64,000 nt of DNA from Candidatus Acidiferrum sp. (GTDB lineage Bacteria > Acidobacteriota > Terriglobia > Acidiferrales > UBA7541): positions 25,724-89,723 of the forward strand of contig JBGOTL010000001.1 of assembly GCA_041476465.1 (NCBI GenBank), read 5' to 3'. Of the stretch, positions 28,069 to 37,887 are shown in pieces. The notes beneath the pieces are model-generated. The model was not told the origin of the DNA, made no database searches, and saw only the letters and a list, made by a program, of their open reading frames with translations. The position numbers and the translations under genes were made by a program. Position 1 is the first letter of the stretch. Every line of letters begins with the position of its first letter.

Positions 28069-29448
28069 TCAAGATACGGAGCGTTTGCGCCAGAAGAAGT
28101 AGGCAGGGAGGCCTAGCAAAAGAAGGATGATGGCGGAGGTCAGATAGCGGAATTGCTGAGGGTCGCGGAAGGCGAGGTAGATGGCGTTGCCGACGATCGC
28201 CGATGCTGCCAAGACGAATAGCAGAGGCGTCCAGGGATAGCCGGGGACGCGATAGGGAAGCTCCTTGCCAGCCGAGGCGCGGCGCAGGGGAAAAATGGCC
28301 GCGGCGCCGAGGCCGTAGAAAATCCAACCGATGAAAATGGCGCCGCCGGCGAGTTCCGCGAATTTTCCGGCGCTGGCGAGCACGCACGACCATACGCCAA
28401 GGGCCACGATGGCCGCGGCGGGAGTTTGGAACCGCGGATGCACCTCGGCAAGCTTCTTGAAAAAAAGATTGTCGTTGGCCATGGCGTAGAACACGCGGGG
28501 CGCGGTGAGAATGACGCTGTTGGCCGCGCTGAAGGTGGAAATAAGAATGGTAATGGCGACGATCTTTCCGGCCCAAGGGCCCAGCACAGTGGTGATGGCG
28601 GTGGCCGCGATGGCATCGCTGGCGGTAGCGGCGGCCGGCCCGAGCGCCACGAGATACGCCAGTACGGCGATGAGGTAAAGAGCGGTGAGCGCCAGCGAAC
28701 CGAGCAGAAACGCGCGCGGGAAGCTTTTCTGGGGATCAATCACCTCGCCGGCGCTGTAGGTGCCGAATTGCCAGCCTTCATAGGCCCACAAAACGGCGAT
28801 CATCGCCAGACCAAAATTGGAGGCGAGGCTGAAGCCATGCCGCGTTGTGCCCAGACCTACAGGAAGCTCCGCGGTGTGATGGCCGAGAGAAAACAGAATA
28901 GCGCTGAGAAGAACGATCAGGGCGATCTTGACGAGCGTGGTCCAGTTTTGCAGGTCGGAGCTCTTGCGCGTGCCCCAGACGTTTACGGCGGTGACTACGG
29001 CAATCATCGCCACGGTAACGAGGTTCGATGCAGCCATTCCGAGAGGAATAATTTCGGCAAGATATCGCGTAAAGGCGCGGGCCAGCGCGGCGATCGAAGC
29101 GCTGGCGATGACCAGAAAGAGGCACCAGCCGTAGAGAAACGCCGGCAAGCGGCCGAAGCCATCGCGAATATAACAATACAACCCGCCCGCTTCAGGATTG
29201 GCCGCGGCGAGCTCCGCGTAGGTGAGCGCGCCAAGCAAAGAGAGGACGCCGCCGACGATCCAAACAAGAAGTGAATAGCCGACGGAGCCGCCAAGCTGCC
29301 GAAGGATGAGGCCCGGGGTGAGAAAAATTCCCGAGCCAATGACGGAGCCGACGAAAAGGAAGAGCAGGTCGCGCAAGCGGAGAGTGCGTGCGAGTGATGG
29401 CATTTGGGGGCCGCGCAGAGATGTATGCGCGCCGTGCGGGTGCATCAT
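28069..29448 (-). CDS. APC family amino acid permease
   Basis: VGSVIGSGIF, TYAELAA, WAYEGW; about 12 TM segments; start uncertain (29448 or 29403). Confidence 0.92.
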   Translation of the reverse strand: MMHPHGAHTSLRGPQMPSLARTLRLRDLLFLFVGSVIGSGIFLTPGLILRQLGGSVGYSLLVWIVGGVLSLLGALTYAELAAANPEAGGLYCYIRDGFGRLPAFLYGWCLFLVIASASIAALARAFTRYLAEIIPLGMAASNLVTVAMIAVVTAVNVWGTRKSSDLQNWTTLVKIALIVLLSAILFSLGHHTAELPVGLGTTRHGFSLASNFGLAMIAVLWAYEGWQFGTYSAGEVIDPQKSFPRAFLLGSLALTALYLIAVLAYLVALGPAAATASDAIAATAITTVLGPWAGKIVAITILISTFSAANSVILTAPRVFYAMANDNLFFKKLAEVHPRFQTPAAAIVALGVWSCVLASAGKFAELAGGAIFIGWIFYGLGAAAIFPLRRASAGKELPYRVPGYPWTPLLFVLAASAIVGNAIYLAFRDPQQFRYLTSAIILLLLGLPAYFFWRKRSVS

Positions 29449-29556
29449 AGACCGTCCGTCAATCGGTGAAAAGGGGAAAGACGAATTCCAATAAAAAAGA
29501 TTAAATACAGAGAACACAGAGGTCACAGAGAGGAAGTGGGTATTGGCAAAGAAAAT

Positions 29557-30558
29557 TCACTGACTCAAGATCGGCGCCGCCATAAAACAAAGCAGAAAAA
29601 CAACCAGGGCGAGGAAAGCGCCGAATCGCCGGCGGGGGTCGAGCGGCATTGGGTCATAGATGGGTACGGAGCGGAAGAAGCGGAGACCAAGGAGAATTAC
29701 AGCCCAGATATACCAGCCACTCCAATGGCGGAAAAACCCAAGCAAGACCAGGAAAACGGGAAGAAAGAAAGAGAGCAAGCGATGGCCGCGCGGACTCACG
29801 GAACGAAGGATATGGCCGCCATCGAGCTGCCCAACAGGCAATAGATTGAGTGCGGTGGCGAACAAGCCTATCCAAGCTGCACGGCCTACGGGAGGAAGAA
29901 GAAGAGTGCCCGCTGACACGCCGGGATGAATGATTGCGCTGAGCAAATGCAAGATGGCGGGAACGCCAAAAACAATGTCGGCGTGTTCCAGACTTGTGAG
30001 ATTCGGAACAATCTTGGCATGCAGGACTCCGTAGAGGAGCGCGGGGAAGGCGAGGAGAAAACCGGCGAAGGGGCCCGATGCGCCCACGTCAAACAGAGCG
30101 CGGTTGGTGCGAAAGGGCGAGCGGACAAGAATGAACGCGCCGAATGTGCCGATGAATGAGGGAAACGGAATAAAGAAAGGATAGCTGGCATAGATACGGT
30201 GCTTCCTGCATGCGAAGAAATGACCCAATTCATGCGCTAGAAGGATGGTGAGAAGAGTGAGCGAGAACGGCAGGCCGCGAAGGAGTGCGGTGGGGTGACG
30301 ATAGAGGAGCGGCCAGGCACGAATAAATTCGTCGAGAGAGACGGCTTGATTGTTGGCGTAGGCGGCTGCAAATTGCGCGCCTGCGACGAGACAACTGCAG
30401 AAGGTTAATAAGAACAGTACCGCCGCGAGAACCAGCGTCTTGACTGGGGGATGATGAGGAACAGCGGTGTAGTACGAGGCGATGGACGGAAAGGCGCGCC
30501 ACTGGAGGCCGCCAGGAATCGATGGAGTTGTGTTTCCCGAAATTGGGTTGGTGGTCAC
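29557..30558 (-). CDS. Site-2 protease family (M50) intramembrane metalloprotease
   Basis: HELGH and NLLPVGQLDGGH motifs. Confidence 0.93.
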   Translation of the reverse strand: MTTNPISGNTTPSIPGGLQWRAFPSIASYYTAVPHHPPVKTLVLAAVLFLLTFCSCLVAGAQFAAAYANNQAVSLDEFIRAWPLLYRHPTALLRGLPFSLTLLTILLAHELGHFFACRKHRIYASYPFFIPFPSFIGTFGAFILVRSPFRTNRALFDVGASGPFAGFLLAFPALLYGVLHAKIVPNLTSLEHADIVFGVPAILHLLSAIIHPGVSAGTLLLPPVGRAAWIGLFATALNLLPVGQLDGGHILRSVSPRGHRLLSFFLPVFLVLLGFFRHWSGWYIWAVILLGLRFFRSVPIYDPMPLDPRRRFGAFLALVVFLLCFMAAPILSQ

Positions 30559-30681
30559 GGGAGATGAGAGTCACAAAAAAGCTGCACGATTCAGTACAGC
30601 ACAGTTGAGCGAAGATGCGCCAGAGGAACTGCGAGAACAAAATCGAGGCGCTTTGAGAATTCTGGCTTTGTAGAGGTAAGT

Positions 30682-30969
30682 TTATTCAGCAGTTTTTGCA
30701 GCTCCGATGCCCTGGAGCTCTTTGCCGGGCTTGAAGCGCACGGCTTTGCCGGGAGGGATGGTGACTTCCTCGCCGGTGCGTGGATTGCGGCCGATGCCGG
30801 TCTTCCGCGGCTTCACGCTGAAGACGCCGAAGCGGCGCAGTTCGATGCGCTGGCCGCGGCCGAGGGCGCTCTTCAGCGCCTCGAAAATTGTTTCGACGGC
30901 CTGCTCCGCCTTGGTGCGGCTAATGCTTGTTTTCGTTACCACTGCATTTACTATATCCAGCTTAATCAC
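30682..30969 (-). CDS. HU/IHF family DNA-binding protein
   Basis: IELRRFGVF, GRNPRTGEEVTIP, VRFKPGKEL; GTG start after GGAGG. Confidence 0.95.
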   Translation of the reverse strand: MIKLDIVNAVVTKTSISRTKAEQAVETIFEALKSALGRGQRIELRRFGVFSVKPRKTGIGRNPRTGEEVTIPPGKAVRFKPGKELQGIGAAKTAE

Positions 30970-31110
30970 GCAGACCTCCGACGTACCGTGGGCAGATGCT
31001 AGAGAATGCGCCGTGGGTTGTCAAGACGTGACGGGTAATCTACACTGAACATCTTTTTGGGATGCGGTGGTCATGGCATCCTAGTTGAAACACAAATCGA
31101 GGAGGCATGG

Positions 31111-31665
31111 ATGTCCGTTAAGCCAGACCGCTGGATCCGCCACATGTCGCTGGAGCACAAGATGATCGAGCCGTTCACGGACCGCCAGGTGCGTGAAGGC
31201 GTGATCAGCTATGGTTTGTCGTCTTACGGTTACGACATTCGCGTGGCGGATGAGTTCCGGATCTTTACGAATGTGAATTCGACCATCGTGGATCCAAAAC
31301 ATTTCGACCCGCGGTCTTTGGTGGACTACAAAGGCGACGTTTGCCTGATTCCTCCGAATTCGTTCGCGCTGGCGCGATCCGTTGAATATTTCCGGATTCC
31401 GCGCAATGTGCTGACCCTGTGTGTGGGGAAGTCCACCTACGCGCGGTGCGGAATCATCGTAAACGTGACGCCGTTCGAGCCGGAGTGGGAAGGCTTCGTC
31501 ACTCTGGAAATCAGCAACACCACGCCGCTGCCCGCGAAAATTTATGCCAACGAAGGATTGTGCCAGGTGGTGTTCTTTGAATCCAACGAAGATTGTGAAG
31601 TGAGTTACAAAGACAAGAAGGGGAAGTACCAGGCGCAGAGCGGTATCGTCCTGCCGCGACTGTAA
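31111..31665 (+). CDS. dcd: dCTP deaminase
   Basis: [35 protein letters not shown]; start moved to ATG 31111. Confidence 0.97.
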   Translation: MSVKPDRWIRHMSLEHKMIEPFTDRQVREGVISYGLSSYGYDIRVADEFRIFTNVNSTIVDPKHFDPRSLVDYKGDVCLIPPNSFALARSVEYFRIPRNVLTLCVGKSTYARCGIIVNVTPFEPEWEGFVTLEISNTTPLPAKIYANEGLCQVVFFESNEDCEVSYKDKKGKYQAQSGIVLPRL

Positions 31666-31685
31666 TCAGGACTCAAACAGGAAGG

Positions 31686-31720
31686 AAGGGGCAGAGCGGT
31701 TAGCCGCCCTTTTTCATTTT
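31686..31720 (+). terminator. Putative intrinsic terminator after dcd
   Basis: AAGGGGC...GCCCTTTT followed by a T-rich tract. Confidence 0.45.
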
Positions 31721-31737
31721 TTGCTGGGACAAAAATC

Positions 31738-32679
31738 CTAGGGAGCCGGCGTCTGAGCGAGTGGGTAGCCTCGTTCGCGCCAGGCTTGCAGCCCGCCCTG
31801 CAGGGGACGTATGCGTTTGATGCCTTGTTTCCTGAGGAGCAGCGCCACACGGGCGCTGGTGGCTTCGTTGGGTCAAGTGCAATAGAGAATGATTTCGCGG
31901 TCTTGCGGCAAGCGATCGTTCTTCTCCTGAAGTTCCTTGGCGTCCATGCGGAAGGCGCCTGGTATTGTCTCGGGGTCAGCTTCGAAATCCAAGGAGTGGC
32001 GAAGATCCACGATGACCAGCTCTTCGCCGGCGTCGATCTTTTCTTTTAATTCTTCCACGGTCATGCGAGAGATACGCAGTTCGCGGAGGAATCGCTGCCG
32101 CGCAATGAATTTCCATGCGATGTAAGCTAGCAGGCCGCCGATGAGGATCACCAGCAGCCAGCCGCCGAGGGCCGCGGCATGCTCCGCAACGCGTTCGATC
32201 TGCCCGCTGAAGGCGTAGCCGAGGCCGAGGAAGCTGAAAGCCCAGAGGAACGAACCAAGGACATCGAAAAGGAGAAAACGATTCAGCCGCATGTGAAAGA
32301 TTCCGGCAAGCGGCGGAGCGATAGTGCTGAGGCCCGGGAGAAACTTGGCGAAGAGCAGGGAACGAGCGCCCTGCTTCGCGAAAACCCCTTCCGTGCGCCG
32401 GACGCAGGAATCGGGTTCGAGCGAGATTCTGCAGAGTAACTGGAGAATCTTAATGCCCTTGGCGCGGCCGAGTTGATACCACAGCAAATCGGCGGTGATC
32501 GCCGCCAGAACGACGGCAAACAGGGAAGCAAAAAAACTCATCCGGCCTGTGCCGGCCAGCGCTCCAGCCGCGAGAAGCAGAGGAAGCGCGGGAACGGGGA
32601 GACCAAGCTGTTCCGCGAAGACCCACGCAAGCAAGACAACGTATCCATGATGGACTAGAAATTCCAGGGTGCTGTGCAT
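31738..32679 (-). CDS. DedA/VTT membrane protein fused to a rhodanese domain; probable selenoprotein (TGA at 31875-31873 read as Sec, residue 269 of 313)
   Basis: The ORF track stops at ...IILYCT*. The same frame continues PNEATSARVALLLRKQGIKRIRPLQGGLQAWRERGYPLAQTPAP* (TAG 31740-38), completing the rhodanese fold. Confidence 0.88.
31840..31858 (-). promoter_or_regulatory. Bacterial SECIS-like stem-loop
   Basis: CAGCGCC-CGUGU-GGCGCUG: perfect 7-bp stem, 5-nt loop with G in position 2, loop starts 21 nt after the UGA. Confidence 0.78.
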
Positions 32680-32704
32680 AGCGCGGACGAATCCTCCAGA
32701 AAGT

Positions 32705-33310
32705 TTACTTCGCGGCGAAAGGGGCAGTACGCCCCCAGCTCCCGCTCATAACAAATTCACGGATAGCCTTGCGGGAGCGAGGAGCTGATTCGCGCTCCTT
32801 GTAAGGCTCCGGCAGTGAAGCGGGATCGCCTGCATATCCAATGGTCATGACGGAGACAGGATCCCAGCCGTTGGGAATGGCAAAAACTTCGCGCGCTTTC
32901 TCGACGTCATATCCCGCCATCTGATGCACGAACAAACTGCGCGCGGTTGCTTCCAGGCTGAGTAGCATGGTGGCGGCCCCGACATCGGAGAATGCATTGC
33001 GGTTTGGCGTTCCGTTTTTATGAAAGGCAAGCTCGGCAACAGAAAGCACAAGCACGGGAGCCTGCCGGGCCCATTTGGCATTGAACTCCACGAGAATGCC
33101 AATCATCTTCTCATAGTTTTCCGGGTCGTCTTTTGTAGCGATGAGATAGGCCCACGGTTGTTCGTTGCTGCTTGACGGCGCCCAGCGCGCGGCTTCGAAC
33201 AAGCTGCGCAGAATCTCCGGCGATACGGGTTTTTCGGAGAAGGCCCGGGGGCTCCAGCGGTTGCGGATGAGATTGTGAACCGGAAATTCAGTTTCAGCCG
33301 GCTTTTGCAT
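32705..33310 (-). CDS. Nitroreductase family protein
   Basis: IRNRWSPRAFS, AARWAPSSSNEQPW, HQMAG, IGY, R.RK. Confidence 0.93.
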   Translation of the reverse strand: MQKPAETEFPVHNLIRNRWSPRAFSEKPVSPEILRSLFEAARWAPSSSNEQPWAYLIATKDDPENYEKMIGILVEFNAKWARQAPVLVLSVAELAFHKNGTPNRNAFSDVGAATMLLSLEATARSLFVHQMAGYDVEKAREVFAIPNGWDPVSVMTIGYAGDPASLPEPYKERESAPRSRKAIREFVMSGSWGRTAPFAAK

Positions 33311-33388
33311 GGTTTTGCCTCGCTGCTTTGGATGAAAAAATAGCCACGGGCGGTACGTGAAAACCCCCGCGACAAATGCGCGGACAGG

Positions 33389-33850
33389 TTATTCCGGTTC
33401 GCCCTGCTGCACTTCTTGCAGAAGTTCGGCGAGGACTTTCAAGCGCGCGGCGGTCATATGCCGGAACTGGCGCTTGTGAGCCTCGCGAACCGGCTGGTCG
33501 AGAGTTTTTAAAATGTCCAGGCCTTGCGCGGTAATGCGCGTCTTGACGACCCGGCGATCATCGGTCTGGCGCTCCCGGGTGATCCAGCCGCGCTTTTCCA
33601 TGCGGTCGAGGAGACGCGTCATATCCGGGTCATGCGAGATCATCCGTTCGATGATGCTGCGGCAGGGGAGACCCTGGGGTTCCGCGCCGCGGAGGATACG
33701 CAGTACGTTGTATTGTGCGCCGGTAAGGCCGCGGGCCTTCAGCAGTTGATCGGCTTTCTGGCCGAGCGCGTTTGCCGTTCGCAGCAAGGCGACAAAGATT
33801 TCGTTTTCCAGGGAGGGAGCGAAGCCGGCATGGGGGGAGCGCGAACGCAT
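33389..33850 (-). CDS. MarR family transcriptional regulator
   Basis: LTGAQYNVLRILRGA, PDMTRLLDRME.RGWI.R.R...DRRVV winged helix. Confidence 0.95.
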   Translation of the reverse strand: MRSRSPHAGFAPSLENEIFVALLRTANALGQKADQLLKARGLTGAQYNVLRILRGAEPQGLPCRSIIERMISHDPDMTRLLDRMEKRGWITRERQTDDRRVVKTRITAQGLDILKTLDQPVREAHKRQFRHMTAARLKVLAELLQEVQQGEPE

Positions 33851-33856
33851 GGCTCG

Positions 33857-33885
33857 ACAATAGTCGTTATAACGATTAGTGTCAA
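33857..33885 (-). promoter_or_regulatory. marR promoter with palindromic operator; leaderless start
   Basis: TTGACA(33885-80)-N17-TATTGT(33862-57), 6 nt, then ATG; perfect palindrome TCGTTATAACGA (33864-75) in the spacer. Confidence 0.8.
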
Positions 33886-33995
33886 GAGGAAAATACCGGG
33901 ACTTCCGTGAGGCCCCCGGCGCGGGTCCGCCACTCCCGGGAAACGAGCGGGCCTCAAAAAAACACGTTTCGCGCGAGCGGAAGATTCTCAGGCGC

Positions 33996-34745
33996 TCAGG
34001 ATTTGCGCAGCGGGCGGAGGCAAATTTCGCTAAGAAAACTCTGCGCGCCCTGGGTGACCACCATGGCCACGGCGTGCGCGACGTCCGCGGCCCTCAACAC
34101 CTTTGCGGGGTCTTTGCGGCTGCTACCGCTAAACTCCGTGGCCACGCTGCCGGGGCAGATGACACTAACGCGAATACCATGCTCGCGCAGGTCCTCGGCC
34201 ATGCACGCCGAGAGGCCCTGGACGCCCCACTTGGAAGCGCAGTAGATTCCGCCGCCAGCAAAGGTATTTTTCCCCGCGAGGGAGCTGATATTGATGATGT
34301 CGCCGCCGCCACGGCGGATCATCCCGGGGGCGACGGCGCGGGAGACGAGGAAAACACTCTTCAAATTCGTGTTGAGAACACGATCCCAATCGGCTTCATT
34401 TTTTTCATGTGCCGGGCCAAACAAGCCAACGCCGGCATTATTGACGAGGATGGAGATGGGGCCGAGGGCGGCTTCGGTTTTCGTGACCAGCTCCGCGACG
34501 TCAGCGGAACGTGTGACGTCGGCAATTTGCGAAAACACACGCGCCCCGGATTTTTCCAATTCCCTGGCACAAACGTTAAGCGCTGCATGATCGCGGCCGC
34601 AGATGGCCACGGAAGCCCCAAGCGACGCCAGCCGCGAGGCGATGGCGCGGCCGATGCCGCGGCTTCCCCCGGTGACCAGGGCGACGGAATTCGCCAAAGG
34701 CTTTGGCCCCCTTGTTTCTGTATTTGCCGGGTTTATTTGCGCCAT
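33996..34745 (-). CDS. SDR family oxidoreductase
   Basis: TGGSRGIG, LVNNAG, NISS, YCASK; start moved to ATG 34745. Confidence 0.95.
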   Translation of the reverse strand: MAQINPANTETRGPKPLANSVALVTGGSRGIGRAIASRLASLGASVAICGRDHAALNVCARELEKSGARVFSQIADVTRSADVAELVTKTEAALGPISILVNNAGVGLFGPAHEKNEADWDRVLNTNLKSVFLVSRAVAPGMIRRGGGDIINISSLAGKNTFAGGGIYCASKWGVQGLSACMAEDLREHGIRVSVICPGSVATEFSGSSRKDPAKVLRAADVAHAVAMVVTQGAQSFLSEICLRPLRKS

Positions 34746-34909
34746 CAGAAATCTCCTCGTACAGGCCACTCTTTTTGTGCGACACTCATCTTAGCATTAA
34801 GGATTACGCGCGACTTGGTATCCCCGGAGGTGCACGGGGGATAGAAAAAGAAGCTGACGCGCCGAGGGAAGCAATCCGTAAAATACATACTTTGACGCCG
34901 GGTAACACC

Positions 34910-34939
34910 TTGCAGAGACCCGGTCGTTTTCCCTATAAT
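34910..34939 (+). promoter_or_regulatory. Putative sigma70 promoter of the 35065 gene
   Basis: TTGCAG-N18-TATAAT. Confidence 0.5.
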
Positions 34940-35064
34940 TCCAAAGTTTTCGAGCCACAGCGTGTCTGACCGCATCGGGGTCGGCGAAATTCCCAGGAAG
35001 AAGATTCCAGGGTGCACGGGATTCAGAAAATCCAGCATCGTAGTTTGAGCGAGGAGAAATCGGA

Positions 35065-36420
35065 ATGAACGGAACACGAAGGATAACGGGCCTCGCAATG
35101 TTTGCGGCGCTTGGCCTTTTCTTGGCATGCAGCGTGAACGCTTTGGCACTACCACCGGCGCAGGGGCAAGACGCAGGTGCGAGCAAACAGCCATACACCA
35201 TGCCGGAGTACAACGCCTATCAGGCGTGCGCGGCGGAGAAGAATCCTGCGCCGCAGATCAAGTGTATGGACGATTTTGTGGCCAGGTACCCCAACTCCGC
35301 GCTGCTGCTCTACATCTATCCGATCTATAGCCAGGCTTACAGCCAGCTGAAGAATTACGCTAAAGTGATCGAATACTCCGACAAGCTCGTAGCGCTCGGC
35401 GACAAGGTTGATACCAATGGCCAGTGGTCAGCTCTCTTTGCACGCGCCTACGCGTATACCGCGCTCAACACAAACGATGCGGCGCAAGCGAAGGCCGCGC
35501 GTGACGCAGCCGTCGCCGGCCTGAAACTCGTTCCCCATCTGACCAAGCCTGCGACCATGGACGACAAGGCCTTCGAGGCCCAGAAGACCGGGTCCACAAC
35601 CATTTTCAACGCCACCGGCGCCCTCTCCTCTCGGGCCATAAAGGATTGGCCGGCGGCTATTGGGTTCTATATGGCCATTCTCGCGATCAACCCGGATGAT
35701 ACCGCATCGAATTACCAGCTTGGCCAGGCGTACCTGGGTTTGGCGCCGCCGAAACCCATGGATGCGTTCTGGTATATCGCCAAGGCGGTGACTTCCAAGA
35801 GCACAAATGAGCAGCAGGCGAAGACCATCAAGGCATATTTGCGAAAACTGATGTTCAACTACCAGCAGGCGGCTTGCGACAACCTGACTGACGCTGAATT
35901 GAATGAGCTTCTGCAGCTTGCGGGAAGCTCGGCGGATCGTCCGGCGAGCTACCAGATTCCAAGCGCTGCGGATATGGATGCCGCACACAAGGACATGACC
36001 ATCCTATCGGTCATCACGGACTTGAAGGCGGGCGGCGACAAAGCCAAAGTGACGTGGCTGGCGGCGTGCGGTTTGGAGTTTCCGGATGTCCCCGGCAGAT
36101 TGCTGGAAGTCGTTCCGGGCGCCGATGCGGTGGTACTAAAGACTGGTTTCGTGACCAGCCAGGCGGAATTTGATGCGGCGAAGACTCCCAACATGGAATT
36201 TAAAGTCGCTGGTCAGCCAGGAGTGGAGAAACTGGAAAAAGACTCAGCGCCAAGAATTACGGGAACGCTGGTTTCCTATGACCCGGATCCCGCGTTCATG
36301 CTGCACTGGGACAAGGCCAAAGTGAACGCAGAGGATCTTCCGAAGGAAAAAGAGAAGCCGGTGAAGAAGCCGGTGAAGAAGCCCGTGGCCAAGCGTCCGG
36401 TGGCGAAGAAACCTGCGTAG
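35065..36420 (+). CDS. Secreted TPR-like helical repeat protein with Lys/Pro-rich tail
   Basis: Signal peptide, Ala-rich helical repeats, C-terminal KKPVKKPVKKPVAKRP. Confidence 0.75.
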   Translation: MNGTRRITGLAMFAALGLFLACSVNALALPPAQGQDAGASKQPYTMPEYNAYQACAAEKNPAPQIKCMDDFVARYPNSALLLYIYPIYSQAYSQLKNYAKVIEYSDKLVALGDKVDTNGQWSALFARAYAYTALNTNDAAQAKAARDAAVAGLKLVPHLTKPATMDDKAFEAQKTGSTTIFNATGALSSRAIKDWPAAIGFYMAILAINPDDTASNYQLGQAYLGLAPPKPMDAFWYIAKAVTSKSTNEQQAKTIKAYLRKLMFNYQQAACDNLTDAELNELLQLAGSSADRPASYQIPSAADMDAAHKDMTILSVITDLKAGGDKAKVTWLAACGLEFPDVPGRLLEVVPGADAVVLKTGFVTSQAEFDAAKTPNMEFKVAGQPGVEKLEKDSAPRITGTLVSYDPDPAFMLHWDKAKVNAEDLPKEKEKPVKKPVKKPVAKRPVAKKPA

Positions 36421-36450
36421 TAAGAGCAAGTTGCAACCCGAATGAAGATG

Positions 36451-36484
36451 AAACGGCTCTCTGACACCCGTCGGAGAGCCGTTT
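36451..36484. terminator. Bidirectional terminator hairpin between convergent genes
   Basis: AAACGGCTCTC...GAGAGCCGTTT perfect 11-bp inverted repeat. Confidence 0.8.
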
Positions 36485-36581
36485 AACTTTACTCGTTTAC
36501 TTTTTCAGACGGTCGAATTCATGGCCGGACATTGCGCCAGGAACCCTTTGGCGGCGTGCCAAGTCTGCCAGAAAGGTCTGG

Positions 36582-36800
36582 CTAGCGGCGGCCGCGGCGG
36601 TGGTCCAGCTTGTATTCGTCGATCTTGCGGCTCAGCGTGTTGCGATGGATGCCGAGATCCTGCGCGGCCCGGGACTGATTGCCGTTCGCGCGGTCCAAAA
36701 CACGCTTGATGAAACGCTTTTCGAATTCACCGACCGCTTCCTCGAACAGAATCCCGCGCTCCACCATCTGCGCGACTAGCCCTTCCAATTGGTCTTTCAC
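36582..36800 (-). CDS. Stand-alone Fis-type helix-turn-helix protein
   Basis: FEKRFIKRVLDRANGNQSRAAQDLGIHRNTLSRKI HTH_8 pattern; 72 aa. Confidence 0.88.
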   Translation of the reverse strand: MKDQLEGLVAQMVERGILFEEAVGEFEKRFIKRVLDRANGNQSRAAQDLGIHRNTLSRKIDEYKLDHRRGRR

Positions 36801-36848
36801 GTCAGCACGCTCCGCGGAAACAATCGTTCTATTTTGGGGGCCGGCTTG

Positions 36849-37757
36849 CTAGCTCAACTCATGCCCGACCAGGATGCGATACGCCTCCCGGTACTTGGCA
36901 CGCGTGGCGGCAACCACATCGGGGGGCAGGTCGGGTCCGGGCGGCGTCTTGGGCCAGTGGATCCGTTCGAGGTAGTCGCGCACAAACTGTTTGTCAAAAG
37001 AGGGCTGCGGGCCGCCTGGCTGGTATTGGGCGGCAGGCCAGAATCGGGAGGAATCCGGCGTGAGGGCTTCGTCGATCCAGATCAACTCGTTATTCAGAAT
37101 GCCAAATTCGAATTTCGTGTCGGCCAGAATCACGCCGCGGGGCTCCGCATAGGCGGCGGCGCGGCGGTAGAGTTCGATGCTGACGGCGCGGACGCGTTCG
37201 GCAAGATCCCTGCCGATGAGCGCGGCGGCCTGTTCGAACGAGATGTTTTCGTCGTGGCCGGTTGTGGCCTTGGTGGATGGCGTAAAGAGGGGTTCGGGCA
37301 AGCGATCGGATTCGCGGAGACCCGCAGGCAGTGCGATTCCACAGATTTTTCCCGCGGCGCGGTAATCCTTCCAGCCGGACCCGGAAACATAGCCTCGCAC
37401 GACGCATTCGATCGGCAGAGGCTGCGTTTTGCGCACCACCATGGAGCGGCCCGCGAGGTCGTCCTTAAACTTGTCGAAGGGAGCAGGGAAGTCCGTCGCG
37501 CTGAGGACATGGTTGGGGACAACCTCCTTCAAGAGGTCGAACCAAAACAGGGAGAGTTGCGTCAGGACGCGCCCCTTGTCGGGGATCGGCGTAGGAAGGA
37601 CGACATCGAACGCGGACAGGCGGTCGGTAGCGACGATCAGCAGCTTGTCGCCGAGGTCGTAGATGTCGCGGACCTTGCCGCGAGCGGCAGGCGTGAGCCC
37701 CGCAAATTGAGTTTCGCGAATGACACGGCTTGCAGGACTTGTAGACACTCGGAACAT
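36849..37757 (-). CDS. purC: SAICAR synthetase
   Basis: [54 protein letters not shown]. Confidence 0.97.
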   Translation of the reverse strand: MFRVSTSPASRVIRETQFAGLTPAARGKVRDIYDLGDKLLIVATDRLSAFDVVLPTPIPDKGRVLTQLSLFWFDLLKEVVPNHVLSATDFPAPFDKFKDDLAGRSMVVRKTQPLPIECVVRGYVSGSGWKDYRAAGKICGIALPAGLRESDRLPEPLFTPSTKATTGHDENISFEQAAALIGRDLAERVRAVSIELYRRAAAYAEPRGVILADTKFEFGILNNELIWIDEALTPDSSRFWPAAQYQPGGPQPSFDKQFVRDYLERIHWPKTPPGPDLPPDVVAATRAKYREAYRILVGHELS

Positions 37758-37887
37758 TCCCCCGACAAAGTGAGAAGCATTCTAGCGCAGCGGTGCGCGA
37801 AGTCAAAGGCGCGTGTGGAGGAAACCTTAGGAAAATTTTTTGTAGCGAGAAGCCTCAGTTTGTAAGGAAGGTGACTAGAGGCGGGCT

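Noticed and set aside
31873-31875. TGA as a simple pseudogenising nonsense mutation or true stop
   Set aside because: It falls exactly at a catalytic Cys position, the downstream frame is intact, and a SECIS-like hairpin is correctly spaced. Kept only as the alternative hypothesis.
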